Shown: positions 30,552 through 39,906, counted from the stretch's first letter. The stretch is DNA of 64,000 nt from an uncultured delta proteobacterium (GCA_963812015.1 CAWETI010000003.1:1792001-1856000), one strand, 5' to 3'. Numbers and translations: made by a program. Notes: a model not told the origin generated them from the letters alone.

Positions 30552-31050
30552 AAAGCAGGGTGGCGGTGGCGAAGTGGGCTTTGGCGGGGTCTTCAAGGGC
30601 CTGGCGGACCTCATCGAGAAACTGGGCGATCTGGCGGAAAAGGGCGAACATCTCAAGAAAAGCGGGGAATTTCAGCAGCAGGACGTCAAAGGGGTCTATG
30701 GTTTTTCCGTGAAGGTGGGCCTGGGGGATAAGGGGAACAAAGAAGTAAAGGTGGAGCCCTTCGGCAACGTCCGCCGGGATGAGAAGTCCGGGGAAACCGT
30801 CGTCCAGGAAATCCGGGAGCCCGTGGTGGACGTGTTCGAGGAAAAGGACCATACCCTGGTGGTGGCGGAGATGCCCGGCGTCAGCACCAAGGACGTGCAT
30901 CTTACGGTCAAGGAGGACCTGCTCACCATTTATGCCGAGAAACGGGATAAGAAGTACCGTAAGGAGATCCTGCTACCCCAGAGCTATCCCCGGGAGAAGA
31001 TGACAATGACGTGCAACAACGGCATTCTGGAGATCAAGTGCGTCCGGTAG
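30544..31050 (+). CDS. Hsp20/alpha-crystallin family protein (GvpH-like)
   Basis: GVYGFSVK...VEPFGN...REPVVDVFEE...VAEMPGV...NNGILEI. Confidence 0.85.
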   Translation: MTKKQGGGGEVGFGGVFKGLADLIEKLGDLAEKGEHLKKSGEFQQQDVKGVYGFSVKVGLGDKGNKEVKVEPFGNVRRDEKSGETVVQEIREPVVDVFEEKDHTLVVAEMPGVSTKDVHLTVKEDLLTIYAEKRDKKYRKEILLPQSYPREKMTMTCNNGILEIKCVR

Positions 31051-31078
31051 GTGAGCCCCGGGATCATATACGAAAAAT

Positions 31079-33238
31079 ATGAAAACTGTGAAAAATATGA
31101 AAAAAACTGAAGAGTTGGTCCTCAAGCTAAAAGTGACCGAGGCCCTGAGCAAAGACGTGGGAAGAGCTTATGCCCGCATGGGGCCGGAAGACCTGGAAAA
31201 ACTCCAGGTGGCCATCGGCGACATCGTGGAGGTCGCCGGCAAACGGAAAACGGTGTGCAAGGCCATGCCCGCCTACAAGGATTTGCGGGGCCGGTCCCGG
31301 GTCCAACTGGACGGCATCAGTCGGGAAAACGCCGGCGCCGGGATCGATGACTTTGTGCAGGTGCAGAAGATCGCCTGCCGCCCGGCCGAACGGGTGGTTC
31401 TCACCCCCATAACTATTACCCCGGCCGACCGGGACCTCCAGTATATCGGCAGCCTCCTGGATGGCCTGCCAGTGCGGGAGGGGGACCGCATCCGGGCCAC
31501 CCTGTTCGGCAGCCGCACCGCCGATTTCAAGGTGGAAGCTCTAACCCCCCGGGGGCCGGTGCTGATCAACCCCACCACCTCCCTGGTGATCGGCAAGGCT
31601 GGGGCCCCGGAACCCCGTAAGGCGGCGGTATCCTATGAAGACGTGGGCGGTCTCAAGCCCCAACTCCAGCGCATCCGGGAGATGATCGAACTGCCGTTGC
31701 GCTACCCCGAACTGTTCGAACGTCTGGGCATCGACGCCCCCAAAGGGGTGTTGCTCCACGGCCCCCCCGGCTGCGGCAAGACCCTCATCGCCCGCACTAT
31801 TGCCCACGAGACCGAGGCCAACTTTTTCTCGGTGAGCGGTCCGGAGGTGGTGCACAAGTTCTATGGCGAGTCCGAGGCCCACCTGCGCAAGATCTTTGAG
31901 GAGGCCGGACGTAAGGGACCCAGCATCATCTTCATAGACGAGATAGATTCCATCGCCCCTCGGCGGGAAAATGTCGTCGGGGATGTGGAGAAACGGGTGG
32001 TGGCCCAACTCCTCGCCTTGATGGACGGTCTTACCAAGCGCCAGAACGTCATTGTCATTGCCGCCACCAACATCCCCAACGCCCTGGACCCGGCGCTCCG
32101 GCGGCCGGGGCGGTTCGACCGGGAGATCGCCATCCCCATCCCCGATCGCCATGGTCGGCTGGACATATTAGAAATCCACAGCCGGGGCATGCCCCTGGCC
32201 GAGGACGTAAACATGAGCCACCTGGCGGAGATCACCCACGGTTTCGTGGGGGCCGACCTGGAAGCGTTGTGCCGAGAAGCGGCCATGATCTGCCTACGCC
32301 GTCTCATGCCCGACATTGATTACGGCCTGGCCACCATCCCCTACGAGCAACTGGCCCAACTGGAAGTGCACATGGACGACTTCCTGGCCGCGCTTCGGGA
32401 AGTGGAGCCATCCGCCATCCGGGAGGTGTTTGTGGAGGTCCCGGATGTGCGCTGGGAGGATGTGGGCGGCCTCCGGGCCGTGAAGGAGCGTCTCGAGGAA
32501 GCGGTGGAGTGGCCTTTAAAGTATGCCCACATCTTCAAAAAAGCGGGCATCAGGCCCCCCAAGGGCATCCTCCTATCCGGGGCGCCGGGGTGCGGCAAGA
32601 CCCTGCTGGCCAAGGCCATCGCTACTGAAAGCCGGGTGAATTTCCTGTCGGTGAAGGGGCCGGCCCTCATGTCCAAATATGTGGGCGAATCCGAGCGGGG
32701 GGTGCGGGAAATGTTCAAGACCGCCCGGCAGGCGGCGCCCTGCATCATCTTCCTGGATGAGACTGAGGCCCTGGTCCCGGCCCGGGGGATGGGTGGCTCT
32801 GATTCGCATGTCTCGGAGCGGGTCCTGAGTCAGTTCCTGGCGGAGTTGGACGGCATCGAGGAATTGAAGGGGGTGCTGGTGCTGGGGGCCACTAACCGCC
32901 TGGACATGATGGACCCTGCGGTCCTGCGGCCGGGCCGTTTCGACGCCATCGTGGAGATTCCTTTGGCCGATGAGACGGACCGTCAGGAGATCTTTGCGGT
33001 CCACCTCCGGGGAAAACCCTTGGCCAAAGGGATCAGCGCCAAAAAACTGGCGGCCCGCAGCGAGGGCTTAAGCGGCGCCGAAATCGCCGGGGTGTGCAAC
33101 CAGGCGGCCCTGGCCGCGGTGCGCCGGGCAGTGGCGGCGGAAATCGCCGAAGCGGGCACAGGTTTGGCCCAGGTCCTGATCCTGCCTGCCGACCTGGAAG
33201 AAACCCTGGACGAGATGATGGGGGGACCGGGGGATTAA
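31079..33238 (+). CDS. CDC48/VCP/p97-family double AAA+ ATPase (GvpZ-like)
   Basis: N-domain, YEDVGG, D1 GPPGCGKT/IDEID/RRPGRFDRE, and D2 GAPGCGKT/LDE/RPGRFD. Confidence 0.95.
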   Translation: MKTVKNMKKTEELVLKLKVTEALSKDVGRAYARMGPEDLEKLQVAIGDIVEVAGKRKTVCKAMPAYKDLRGRSRVQLDGISRENAGAGIDDFVQVQKIACRPAERVVLTPITITPADRDLQYIGSLLDGLPVREGDRIRATLFGSRTADFKVEALTPRGPVLINPTTSLVIGKAGAPEPRKAAVSYEDVGGLKPQLQRIREMIELPLRYPELFERLGIDAPKGVLLHGPPGCGKTLIARTIAHETEANFFSVSGPEVVHKFYGESEAHLRKIFEEAGRKGPSIIFIDEIDSIAPRRENVVGDVEKRVVAQLLALMDGLTKRQNVIVIAATNIPNALDPALRRPGRFDREIAIPIPDRHGRLDILEIHSRGMPLAEDVNMSHLAEITHGFVGADLEALCREAAMICLRRLMPDIDYGLATIPYEQLAQLEVHMDDFLAALREVEPSAIREVFVEVPDVRWEDVGGLRAVKERLEEAVEWPLKYAHIFKKAGIRPPKGILLSGAPGCGKTLLAKAIATESRVNFLSVKGPALMSKYVGESERGVREMFKTARQAAPCIIFLDETEALVPARGMGGSDSHVSERVLSQFLAELDGIEELKGVLVLGATNRLDMMDPAVLRPGRFDAIVEIPLADETDRQEIFAVHLRGKPLAKGISAKKLAARSEGLSGAEIAGVCNQAALAAVRRAVAAEIAEAGTGLAQVLILPADLEETLDEMMGGPGD

Positions 33239-33243
33239 GGTGG

Positions 33244-33419
33244 TCAGCTATCAGCCATCAGCAAATAATTGGTGATTAATCGGAGTATACCTGCGGGTGC
33301 CGGGCCGTGGGGGGTAAACTCGCCCCTATTTGAGTGGCCAAAAGGATAATTTATTAATGCACGGCCAGGTGTGGTTTCTTTTTCTTTTGCTGAAAGCTGA
33401 CCGCTGAAGGCTGAAAGCT
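33244..33419. repeat. Intergenic element bounded by inverted heptamer arrays (TCAGCyA)n and (GCTGAnn)n
   Basis: TCAGCTA TCAGCCA TCAGC at 33244-33262 and GCTGAAA GCTGACC GCTGAAG GCTGAAA at 33389-33416; the same heptamer array occurs at 60851-60881. Confidence 0.7.
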
Positions 33420-33474
33420 TAACAAGCCCTTAGCCTTTCCTTCAATTTACAGATTTTTCAGGGGTAGGCGCACA

Positions 33475-34286
33475 ATGCCCCAAGGACTTTATTTATACTG
33501 CCTGGCCCGGTTGAGCCGGCTGCCCCCCTCCCCCTTTTGGGCCGGGGACTGGATGGCCAGAACTCGCTGGCAGTGGCAACATATCAGGATCTCGTGGCGG
33601 TCTGGAGTCCGGTGCCGGTGGAGGATTTCTGCGGGCCGGAGGCTGAAGAACGGATGCTGGACCTGACCTGGATTGGCCCCCGAGTCATCCGCCATCAGGA
33701 GGTGGTGGCCGGGGTGATGCGCCATTCTCCCGTGCTGCCGGTCCGGTTCGGGACCATCTTTTCGTCATTGGCTAACTTGGGAAAGGTTTTGCAGCGCCAC
33801 TCTGACACCATCACCGGGTTCCTGGAGCGCCTCACGGACCAGGAGGAATGGGCCGTCAAAGGGATGCTGGACCGGTCCGAAGCCCAAGAGCAACTGTTTT
33901 CTCTGAAGCTGGCCCGGGAGGCGGAACGGCTGGGGGCCTTATCGCCCGGAACCCGTTATTTTCATGAGCAACGCCTCCGGGCCGGGTGTGACCAGGAACT
34001 CCAGCTTTGGCTCCAAGAAGTGTGCCGCAAGCTGTGGACTCACCTCCGGGATTATGCCGCGGAGGTCCGGGAACGGCGGCTGCTCTCCCGGGAAGCCACC
34101 GGCAGTGATCAAGATATGGTCTGGAATTGGGCCCTGCTGATGCCGAGGCAGGCAGTGGGCGGTTTCCAATCCCTGATCCAGGACGTCAACGCCCGATTCG
34201 CCGATCGCGGCCTGAGGCTGGAATGTACCGGCCCCTGGCCCCCCTATAGCTTTTGCCCTGCCCTGGACATGGAGCCCGAGGCATGA
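33475..34286 (+). CDS. gvpF: GvpF/GvpL family gas vesicle protein, frameshifted near codon 18
   Basis: MPQGLYLYC start, then in the shifted frame HQEVV...VLPVRFGT...GPWPPYSF. One extra C in the C6/C5 runs at 33523-33534 restores the frame. Confidence 0.85.
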
Positions 34287-35035
34287 GTTGCTTGTTTTAT
34301 TGTATCCGCCGCCAGCCGCGCTCAGAATTATCGGGATCCCTGTTGGGGGTGGGGGGCCGCCCGGTATACCAGGTGGCGCACCGGGGGTTAAGTGTGGCCC
34401 TTTCCCAAATCGGCCTTGCCGACCTGGACCCGGATATTCCCAGGGTACGGGCCTATGAGCGGGTGGTGCTCTCCTATCACCGGAGGGGCGCCGTGGTCCC
34501 CATGCGTTATGGCTGCGTGGTGGAGCAGGAATCCCAGGCTATCCGGCTCCTGGAAGAACACGGCCCTCAATATGAGGCCTTGCTCCAGGAACTGGACGGC
34601 TGTGTGGAGATGGGGCTGCGGGTCTTGCTGCCGTCTGGACCTTGGGCTGAGGTGATCCCCGGCGGCCCGGAAAGTAGCCGGGAGGTGGCCGGGCCCCGCC
34701 CCCCTGACCCTGCGGCGGCACCGGACCGCTTAGGGTTGACTTATCTCACGGCCCGCAAGGCCCACTATGCCAGCCAGGACCGGTGGACCAAGGAGTACCG
34801 GCAGGCCGCGGAACGGTGCCGGGAGCAGTTCACCGGACTATATGTCAAATACAAAACGGAAGCTCCTTCCCCCCGCCTGCCCCTGCTTTCCCTCTATTTT
34901 TTGGTGCCCCGCCCGGCCGTGGAGGCTTTTCGCCAGGCGTTCCGGCAGCTCACCGAGAGCGAGCCGGCCCAGCTGATGCTGAGCGGTCCCTGGCCACCTT
35001 ATAATTTTGTCACGAGCGCTTCACGTCCCGGATAA
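34283..35035 (+). CDS. gvpF: GvpF/GvpL family gas vesicle protein
   Basis: ATGA overlap with the upstream gene; VVPMRYGC, EMGLRV and SGPWPPYNF. Confidence 0.88.
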   Translation: MSCLFYCIRRQPRSELSGSLLGVGGRPVYQVAHRGLSVALSQIGLADLDPDIPRVRAYERVVLSYHRRGAVVPMRYGCVVEQESQAIRLLEEHGPQYEALLQELDGCVEMGLRVLLPSGPWAEVIPGGPESSREVAGPRPPDPAAAPDRLGLTYLTARKAHYASQDRWTKEYRQAAERCREQFTGLYVKYKTEAPSPRLPLLSLYFLVPRPAVEAFRQAFRQLTESEPAQLMLSGPWPPYNFVTSASRPG

Positions 35036-35066
35036 TCCCCCGGGGTTGGTTGAAGAGGCCGTAGTC

Positions 35067-36553
35067 ATGAATACGCATGGAAATTCGCGGGATAATAGTC
35101 CGATATCACAGCGGTACCAGCAACTCTACGACATGCTGCTGGACGCCATTCCCTCGTCAGTGCTGCTCATCAATCAGGATCTGAGTATCGCTTCGGCCAA
35201 TCGTAACTTCCTGGAGAAAAACCGCCGTACCCTCACAGACACCATCGGCCACCGCCTGGATGAAGTGTTTCCGGCCATCATTATCGACCAGATGGATTTT
35301 CCGGGGCGCATCCGGCAGGTCTTCGAAAAAAACTTCCGCGTCAAGGGGGAACGGATGACCTATCGGGCCCCGGGCATTCCCCTGAGGATTTATTATTACA
35401 GCATCCTGCCTTTTCCTGGCAGGGGGTGGTGGAGCTGGCCATGCTGCTCATGGATGACGTCACCGAGCAGGTGCGTCTGAGTGAAGAGGTGCGCCGGGTG
35501 GAGCGCCACCTGGCCTCGGTGGTGGAAAGCGCCCAGGATATTGTTTTGTCCACTGACATGGAAGGCCAGATCTTGACCTGGAACACTGCGGCGGAGAGGC
35601 TCTCGGGCTTCACCCTCTACGCGATCCGGGGACACAACTTTTTCGACTTCTGCGCCGGAGACGATCAGGGCGAGATGGAGCGAGTTTTTACCAACCTCCA
35701 GGCCGGCAAAGACGCTCAAATGGCGGAATGGGATCTGAAAACCAGGGATGGCGGTCGCATTCCGGTTTCCTGGATCTTTTCTCCCATGAAGGACCACCTG
35801 GGCGAGACCGCCGGGATCGTGGCGGTGGGGCGGGACCTGACGGAGCGCCGAAAATTTGAGGCCCAGTTGCTGCAGACGCAGAAACTGGCCGCCCTTGGGG
35901 TCATGGCGGGGGGCATCGCCCATGAGATCCGCAATCCCCTGGCGGTTTGCTCCAGTGCCGCCCAGTTTATCATGGACGGCGATCTTGAACCTCAATTTCA
36001 GCAGGAGTGCGCCGAAAAGATCCATGCGGGCATCCTGCGGGCCTCCATGATTATTGAAAATTTGCTGCGCTTCGCCCGTCCCTCGGTGAAACCCGACATC
36101 AAGAAGATTAACCTGACCACTCTCCTGGAGGAAACCCTGTCCCTGGTAACGAACCAGGCCCGAATTGCCAAGATTGAGCTGCAGGCGCAACTGCCTCCGG
36201 AGCCCATCTTGATCAGCGGCATGGAAGCCTTGCTGCAGCAAGCCTTCATGAACCTGCTGCTCAACGCCATCAAAGCCATGCCCGATGGGGGGGGATTGGG
36301 CGTCGCCCTGGGACAGGCCGATGGGGAAGCCTGGGTCAGTATTAGGGACACCGGCCAGGGCATCGCCCCCGGGGACCTGAACAATATCTTCGACCCCTTT
36401 TACACCACCGCGCCGGTGGGCCAGGGCACGGGGTTGGGTCTCTCCATCTGCTATTCCATCATCAAGCAGCACTTCGGCACCATCACCGTGGAGAGCGGGG
36501 CAGACCAAGGCAGCATCTTCACCGTGAGATTGCCCATCTTAATACGCGGTTAG
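35067..36553 (+). CDS. Cytoplasmic PAS-PAS histidine kinase (GvrB-like), split by a frameshift
   Basis: First PAS in ORF 35007-35480; second PAS plus AHEIRNPL, DTGQGI, FDPFYTT and GTGLGL in ORF 35426-36553. One extra base in T4 (35411-14) or G5 (35422-26) joins them. Confidence 0.88.
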
Positions 36554-36562
36554 GGCGGTGGG

Positions 36563-36952
36563 ATGACTGATCCAGGCGACCTGATTCTCATTGTGGACGA
36601 TGAGCCGGATATGTGCTGGGCCCTGGAACATCTCCTCAACAAACAGGGTTATGTCACCCGCAAAGCCCTGACGGCCCTGGAGGCTCTGAAGTTGATGGAG
36701 CAGCACCGATTCGGCTGCGCCTTCCTGGACGCCAAGCTACCGGATATGGACGGCCTGGAACTGGCCCGACGCATCCAGGACAGGGCGCCGGACATGCACA
36801 TCCTGATGGTGTCCGGTTACTTTTACCGGGATGACGCCTCCATCCAGGAGGCCATTGCCCAAGGGGTAATCATCGATTTCATCAGCAAGCCCTTCCTCCA
36901 ACAAGAAATTCTCCGGGTTTTGAGAAAACTTGAACGGACATATTTCTTCTAG
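36563..36952 (+). CDS. Single-domain response regulator (GvrC-like)
   Basis: IVDDE, LDAKLPDMDG and SKPF. Confidence 0.92.
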   Translation: MTDPGDLILIVDDEPDMCWALEHLLNKQGYVTRKALTALEALKLMEQHRFGCAFLDAKLPDMDGLELARRIQDRAPDMHILMVSGYFYRDDASIQEAIAQGVIIDFISKPFLQQEILRVLRKLERTYFF

Positions 36953-36967
36953 AAGACCGCAAGGGCA

Positions 36968-37018
36968 TAGGTTAGCTACCCTAGAGTAGGGAAATGATTC
37001 CATAGAGCAAATTCCCTA
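36968..37018. promoter_or_regulatory. Candidate upstream activator sites for the sigma54 activator
   Basis: Imperfect palindromes TAGGTTAGCTACCCTA (36968-83) and TAGAGCAAATTCCCTA (37003-18), plus TAGGGAA (36987-93) inverted with TTCCCTA (37012-18). Confidence 0.45.
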
Positions 37019-37087
37019 GCCCCGGCCGGCATCCTCCTCTTCAGACATAACCTACTTATTTTAATGGATTTACTCTACCTTCTGGTC

Positions 37088-37104
37088 CTGGCATGCTTCT
37101 TGGA
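37088..37104 (+). promoter_or_regulatory. Putative sigma54 (-24/-12) promoter of gvpA
   Basis: CTGGCATGCTTCTTGGA versus consensus YTGGCACGnnnnTTGCW: correct spacing, but GG instead of GC at -12. Confidence 0.55.
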
Positions 37105-37169
37105 TAAGTAGGCCTTGAGGCATTGCCTCTCTCTCAAAACTCCCAAAAATTACATGAAGGAGGTTCCCC

Positions 37170-37388
37170 ATGGCCAAAGTACAGAAGTCAACAGATTCCT
37201 CCAGCCTGGCGGAAGTTGTCGACCGCATCCTGGACAAGGGTATCGTCATCGATGCCTGGGTCAAGGTGTCGCTGGTGGGCATCGAACTGTTGTCCATTGA
37301 AGCCCGGGTGGTCATCGCCTCCGTGGAAACCTACCTGAAGTACGCCGAAGCCATCGGCCTGGCGGCCAGCGCGGCCGCTCCCGCGTAA
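37170..37388 (+). CDS. gvpA: Major gas vesicle structural protein GvpA
   Basis: [55 protein letters not shown]; strong AAGGAGG RBS. Confidence 0.98.
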   Translation: MAKVQKSTDSSSLAEVVDRILDKGIVIDAWVKVSLVGIELLSIEARVVIASVETYLKYAEAIGLAASAAAPA

Positions 37389-37420
37389 GGATGCTTCTGG
37401 GGAAAGGTTCCTCTTGCGCT

Positions 37421-37441
37421 GAGGGGCCGCTTCGGCCCCTC
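37421..37441 (+). promoter_or_regulatory. Perfect GC stem-loop downstream of gvpA (mRNA stabiliser or attenuator)
   Basis: GAGGGGCCG-CTT-CGGCCCCTC with no U-tract. Confidence 0.6.
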
Positions 37442-37535
37442 GACGGAAGGGGGTTGCGGTTGAGGAGAATTGAGCCGCAACTGCGATGCCTAGGAAAATT
37501 CCCCGGCACGGTCCAAAGGAAAGGAGATACTTCTT

Positions 37536-38087
37536 ATGGGTCCTTTTACGGAAAGTATGACCCGGCTGTGCGGTGAGATCGTGGCCCTGCGCGGGGCGCG
37601 CCTGACCTTCGTCCGGGATCTGGGCCAGGATGTGGCCGCCATGAAGGCTGACTTTCGCCGGGCGCATGCCGAAATGGGGCAGCGGACCAAGGCGGAACGC
37701 CAGGGTTTCGTCAAAGCCTTGGGCCATGAAGTGGCGAGCCTGATGGCGGGGCTTCATCGGGCCCATAAAGCCATGGCCCACCAGACCAAGGCGGAGCGGC
37801 GGGCTGCCGTGAACCACTTAAAGAAAACCGTAGGCGGCATGCGCCGGGAATTTGCCCTGGACCTGGCGGGAGCGCACCGGGTCTGGTTCGGCCCCACTCC
37901 GGCTGAACGCCGGGCCCAAGCGGAGGCCGAGCGCCGCGCCAAACATGAGGCGGAACAGCGGATCAAGGAAGCCGCGGAACGGGACCGGATGGCCGCCCTG
38001 GCTATGGCCAAGGAAGAGGCCGTCCGGCATCAAGCCGCCCAAGGCAATAAAGAAGAGGCGGGACGCCCGGGCAAAAAGAAGGGGTGA
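37536..38087 (+). CDS. gvpC: GvpC-like helical protein with 33-residue repeats
   Basis: Directly after gvpA; two full 33-aa repeats (RLTFVRDL...RTKAE and RQGFVKAL...QTKAE) plus a partial third. Confidence 0.7.
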   Translation: MGPFTESMTRLCGEIVALRGARLTFVRDLGQDVAAMKADFRRAHAEMGQRTKAERQGFVKALGHEVASLMAGLHRAHKAMAHQTKAERRAAVNHLKKTVGGMRREFALDLAGAHRVWFGPTPAERRAQAEAERRAKHEAEQRIKEAAERDRMAALAMAKEEAVRHQAAQGNKEEAGRPGKKKG

Positions 38088-38110
38088 AATCTGCAAGCCC
38101 CTGATAAGGC

Positions 38111-38503
38111 ATGGCAATGACCCAATTCAAGCACGCCACCGAGAAAACCGTGCAGAAAAGCCGCTCAGAAGGAGAAATGGTGGAAGTTACCTGTTCTTTC
38201 TGCAGCGGCCGCGGCAAAGATCCTTTTGGGATCATGTCCTGGCTTTCCACCTGCTGCGTCTGCGGCGGGAGGGGAGTGGTGCAGGTGCCGGCGCTCCATC
38301 GGCCCTGCGCCCACTGCCGGGGCACCGGGGCCATCAAGACCTTCACCTGCACCGTGTGCCGCGGCAGCGGTCACGTCCCGTTGATCCCCGGACTTCTCCG
38401 GGCCTGCCCGGAGTGCCGAGGCACCGGCGACGACGACGCCTCGGCCCTGGCCTGCATGACCTGCCGGGGTCGAGGTTGGGTGCCCCAAGCGAGTCACAGA
38501 TAA
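38111..38503 (+). CDS. DnaJ-type zinc-finger protein (six CxxCxGxG), no J-domain
   Basis: CSFCSGRG, CCVCGGRG, CAHCRGTG, CTVCRGSG, CPECRGTG and CMTCRGRG. Confidence 0.85.
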   Translation: MAMTQFKHATEKTVQKSRSEGEMVEVTCSFCSGRGKDPFGIMSWLSTCCVCGGRGVVQVPALHRPCAHCRGTGAIKTFTCTVCRGSGHVPLIPGLLRACPECRGTGDDDASALACMTCRGRGWVPQASHR

Positions 38504-38516
38504 CAGATTACCAATC

Positions 38517-38542
38517 CTGCCCCTGGCTTCCAGGGGCAGTTT
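38517..38542 (+). terminator. Stem-loop or weak terminator before gvpN
   Basis: CTGCCCCTGG-CTT-CCAGGGGCAG followed by TTT. Confidence 0.55.
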
Positions 38543-38568
38543 CATCGCCAGTTAGAGGAGCAACGCGC

Positions 38569-39579
38569 ATGAGTGGTGAGCAACGGAAAAGGGCCACGGT
38601 GGCCGTGGTTAAGGTGGAGTCCCGGGACGACCAGGTGACGCCGGAAGCCGGCCCGGATTTCGTGGAAACGGGTTATGTCCAGGACCTCAGCAAACGGGCC
38701 CTGGCCTACCTGGCGGTGGGTTATCCGGTCCACTTCGCCGGTCCGGCCGGCACGGGCAAGACCACCCTGGCTTTTCATGTGGCGGCGCAGCGGGGCCGTC
38801 CGGTGGTACTGATCCACGGGGACGACGAGTTCGCCAGTTCGGATCTGGTGGGGCGCCACTCCGGCTACCGCAAACAGAGACTCATCGACAACTACATCCA
38901 TTCCGTCCTCAAGACGGAAGAGTCCATGAATGTCACCTGGATGGACAACCGCCTCACCATGGCCTGCAAGGACGGCTACACCCTCATTTACGATGAGTTC
39001 ACCCGGTCCCGGCCCGAGGCCAACAACGCCCTCTTAAGTATCCTGGAGGAGAAGATCCTCAATCTGCCCAAGATGTCCCGGGGCGGCGACGGCTACCTGG
39101 AGGTCCACCCGGATTTTCGAGCCATTTTCACCTCCAATCCCGAGGAGTACGCCGGGGTCCACAAGACCCAGGACGCCCTTATGGACCGGCTCATCACCGT
39201 CAATCTGGGGCATTTCGACCGGGAAACAGAGGTGCAAATCGCCATGACTAAATCCGGTCTGTCTCGCCTGGATGCCGAGATCATCGTGGATGTGGTCCGG
39301 GAACTCCGGGGCTTTGGGGTCAACAACCACCGCCCTACCGTCCGGGCCTGCATCGCTATTGCCAAGATCCTGGCGCACCAGGGGGCCCGGGCTCATAAAG
39401 ATGACCCGGTCTTCCAGTGGGCTTGCCGTGACGTGCTCAACACCGACTCCGCCAAGGTGACCCGGGGCGGCCAGTCCCTTATGGGAGAAAAAGTGGGAGA
39501 AGTGATCGACACGGTTTTAGGTTCACGCCCCCAGACCCCGCTGAGAGCAGGGGGGGTGCGAAGCCGCGCCAAGGAGTAA
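38569..39579 (+). CDS. gvpN: Gas vesicle AAA+ ATPase GvpN
   Basis: RALAYLAVGYPVHFAGPAGTGKTT, YDEFTRSRPEANN and FTSNPEEYAGVHKTQDALMDR; ATG 38569 behind GAGGAG. Confidence 0.95.
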   Translation: MSGEQRKRATVAVVKVESRDDQVTPEAGPDFVETGYVQDLSKRALAYLAVGYPVHFAGPAGTGKTTLAFHVAAQRGRPVVLIHGDDEFASSDLVGRHSGYRKQRLIDNYIHSVLKTEESMNVTWMDNRLTMACKDGYTLIYDEFTRSRPEANNALLSILEEKILNLPKMSRGGDGYLEVHPDFRAIFTSNPEEYAGVHKTQDALMDRLITVNLGHFDRETEVQIAMTKSGLSRLDAEIIVDVVRELRGFGVNNHRPTVRACIAIAKILAHQGARAHKDDPVFQWACRDVLNTDSAKVTRGGQSLMGEKVGEVIDTVLGSRPQTPLRAGGVRSRAKE

Positions 39580-39583
39580 CCGT

Positions 39584-39880
39584 ATGACCATTCCCAGGAG
39601 AGGTATCCAGGACATTCGCACCCTGACGGGGAAAGTGAGAAAGGCCACGATTCCCCATGAGGCCTATCTGCGCATTAGTCACATTGAAATGGAAAAGGCC
39701 CGCAAGACCCTGGAGAGCGAGAAGGCCAGGCAATTGATGGCAGACATCGGTGCCCGCCTCGCAGAAATTGAGGCCGAAAAAGAAAGTCTGCTGCAGTCGT
39801 TGGGGGAAAAGGGCGGTAGAGCCCCTCCGGGGCGGACCGGCCCGGCACGCCACAGCGGCGGCTTTAAAATAAAATATTAA
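39584..39880 (+). CDS. GvpV-like coiled-coil protein
   Basis: Directly after gvpN; GIQDIRTL...AYLRISHIEMEKAR...ARLAEIEAEK. Confidence 0.65.
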   Translation: MTIPRRGIQDIRTLTGKVRKATIPHEAYLRISHIEMEKARKTLESEKARQLMADIGARLAEIEAEKESLLQSLGEKGGRAPPGRTGPARHSGGFKIKY

Positions 39881-39906
39881 AGTTTAATTAATCAAAATTA
39901 CAGAGG

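Noticed and set aside
37852..38568. Apparent 239-aa N-terminal extension of GvpN (575-aa ORF)
   Set aside because: It overlaps gvpC-like and the zinc-finger gene in other frames and is low-complexity Arg/Pro; a good RBS and ATG exist at 38569.
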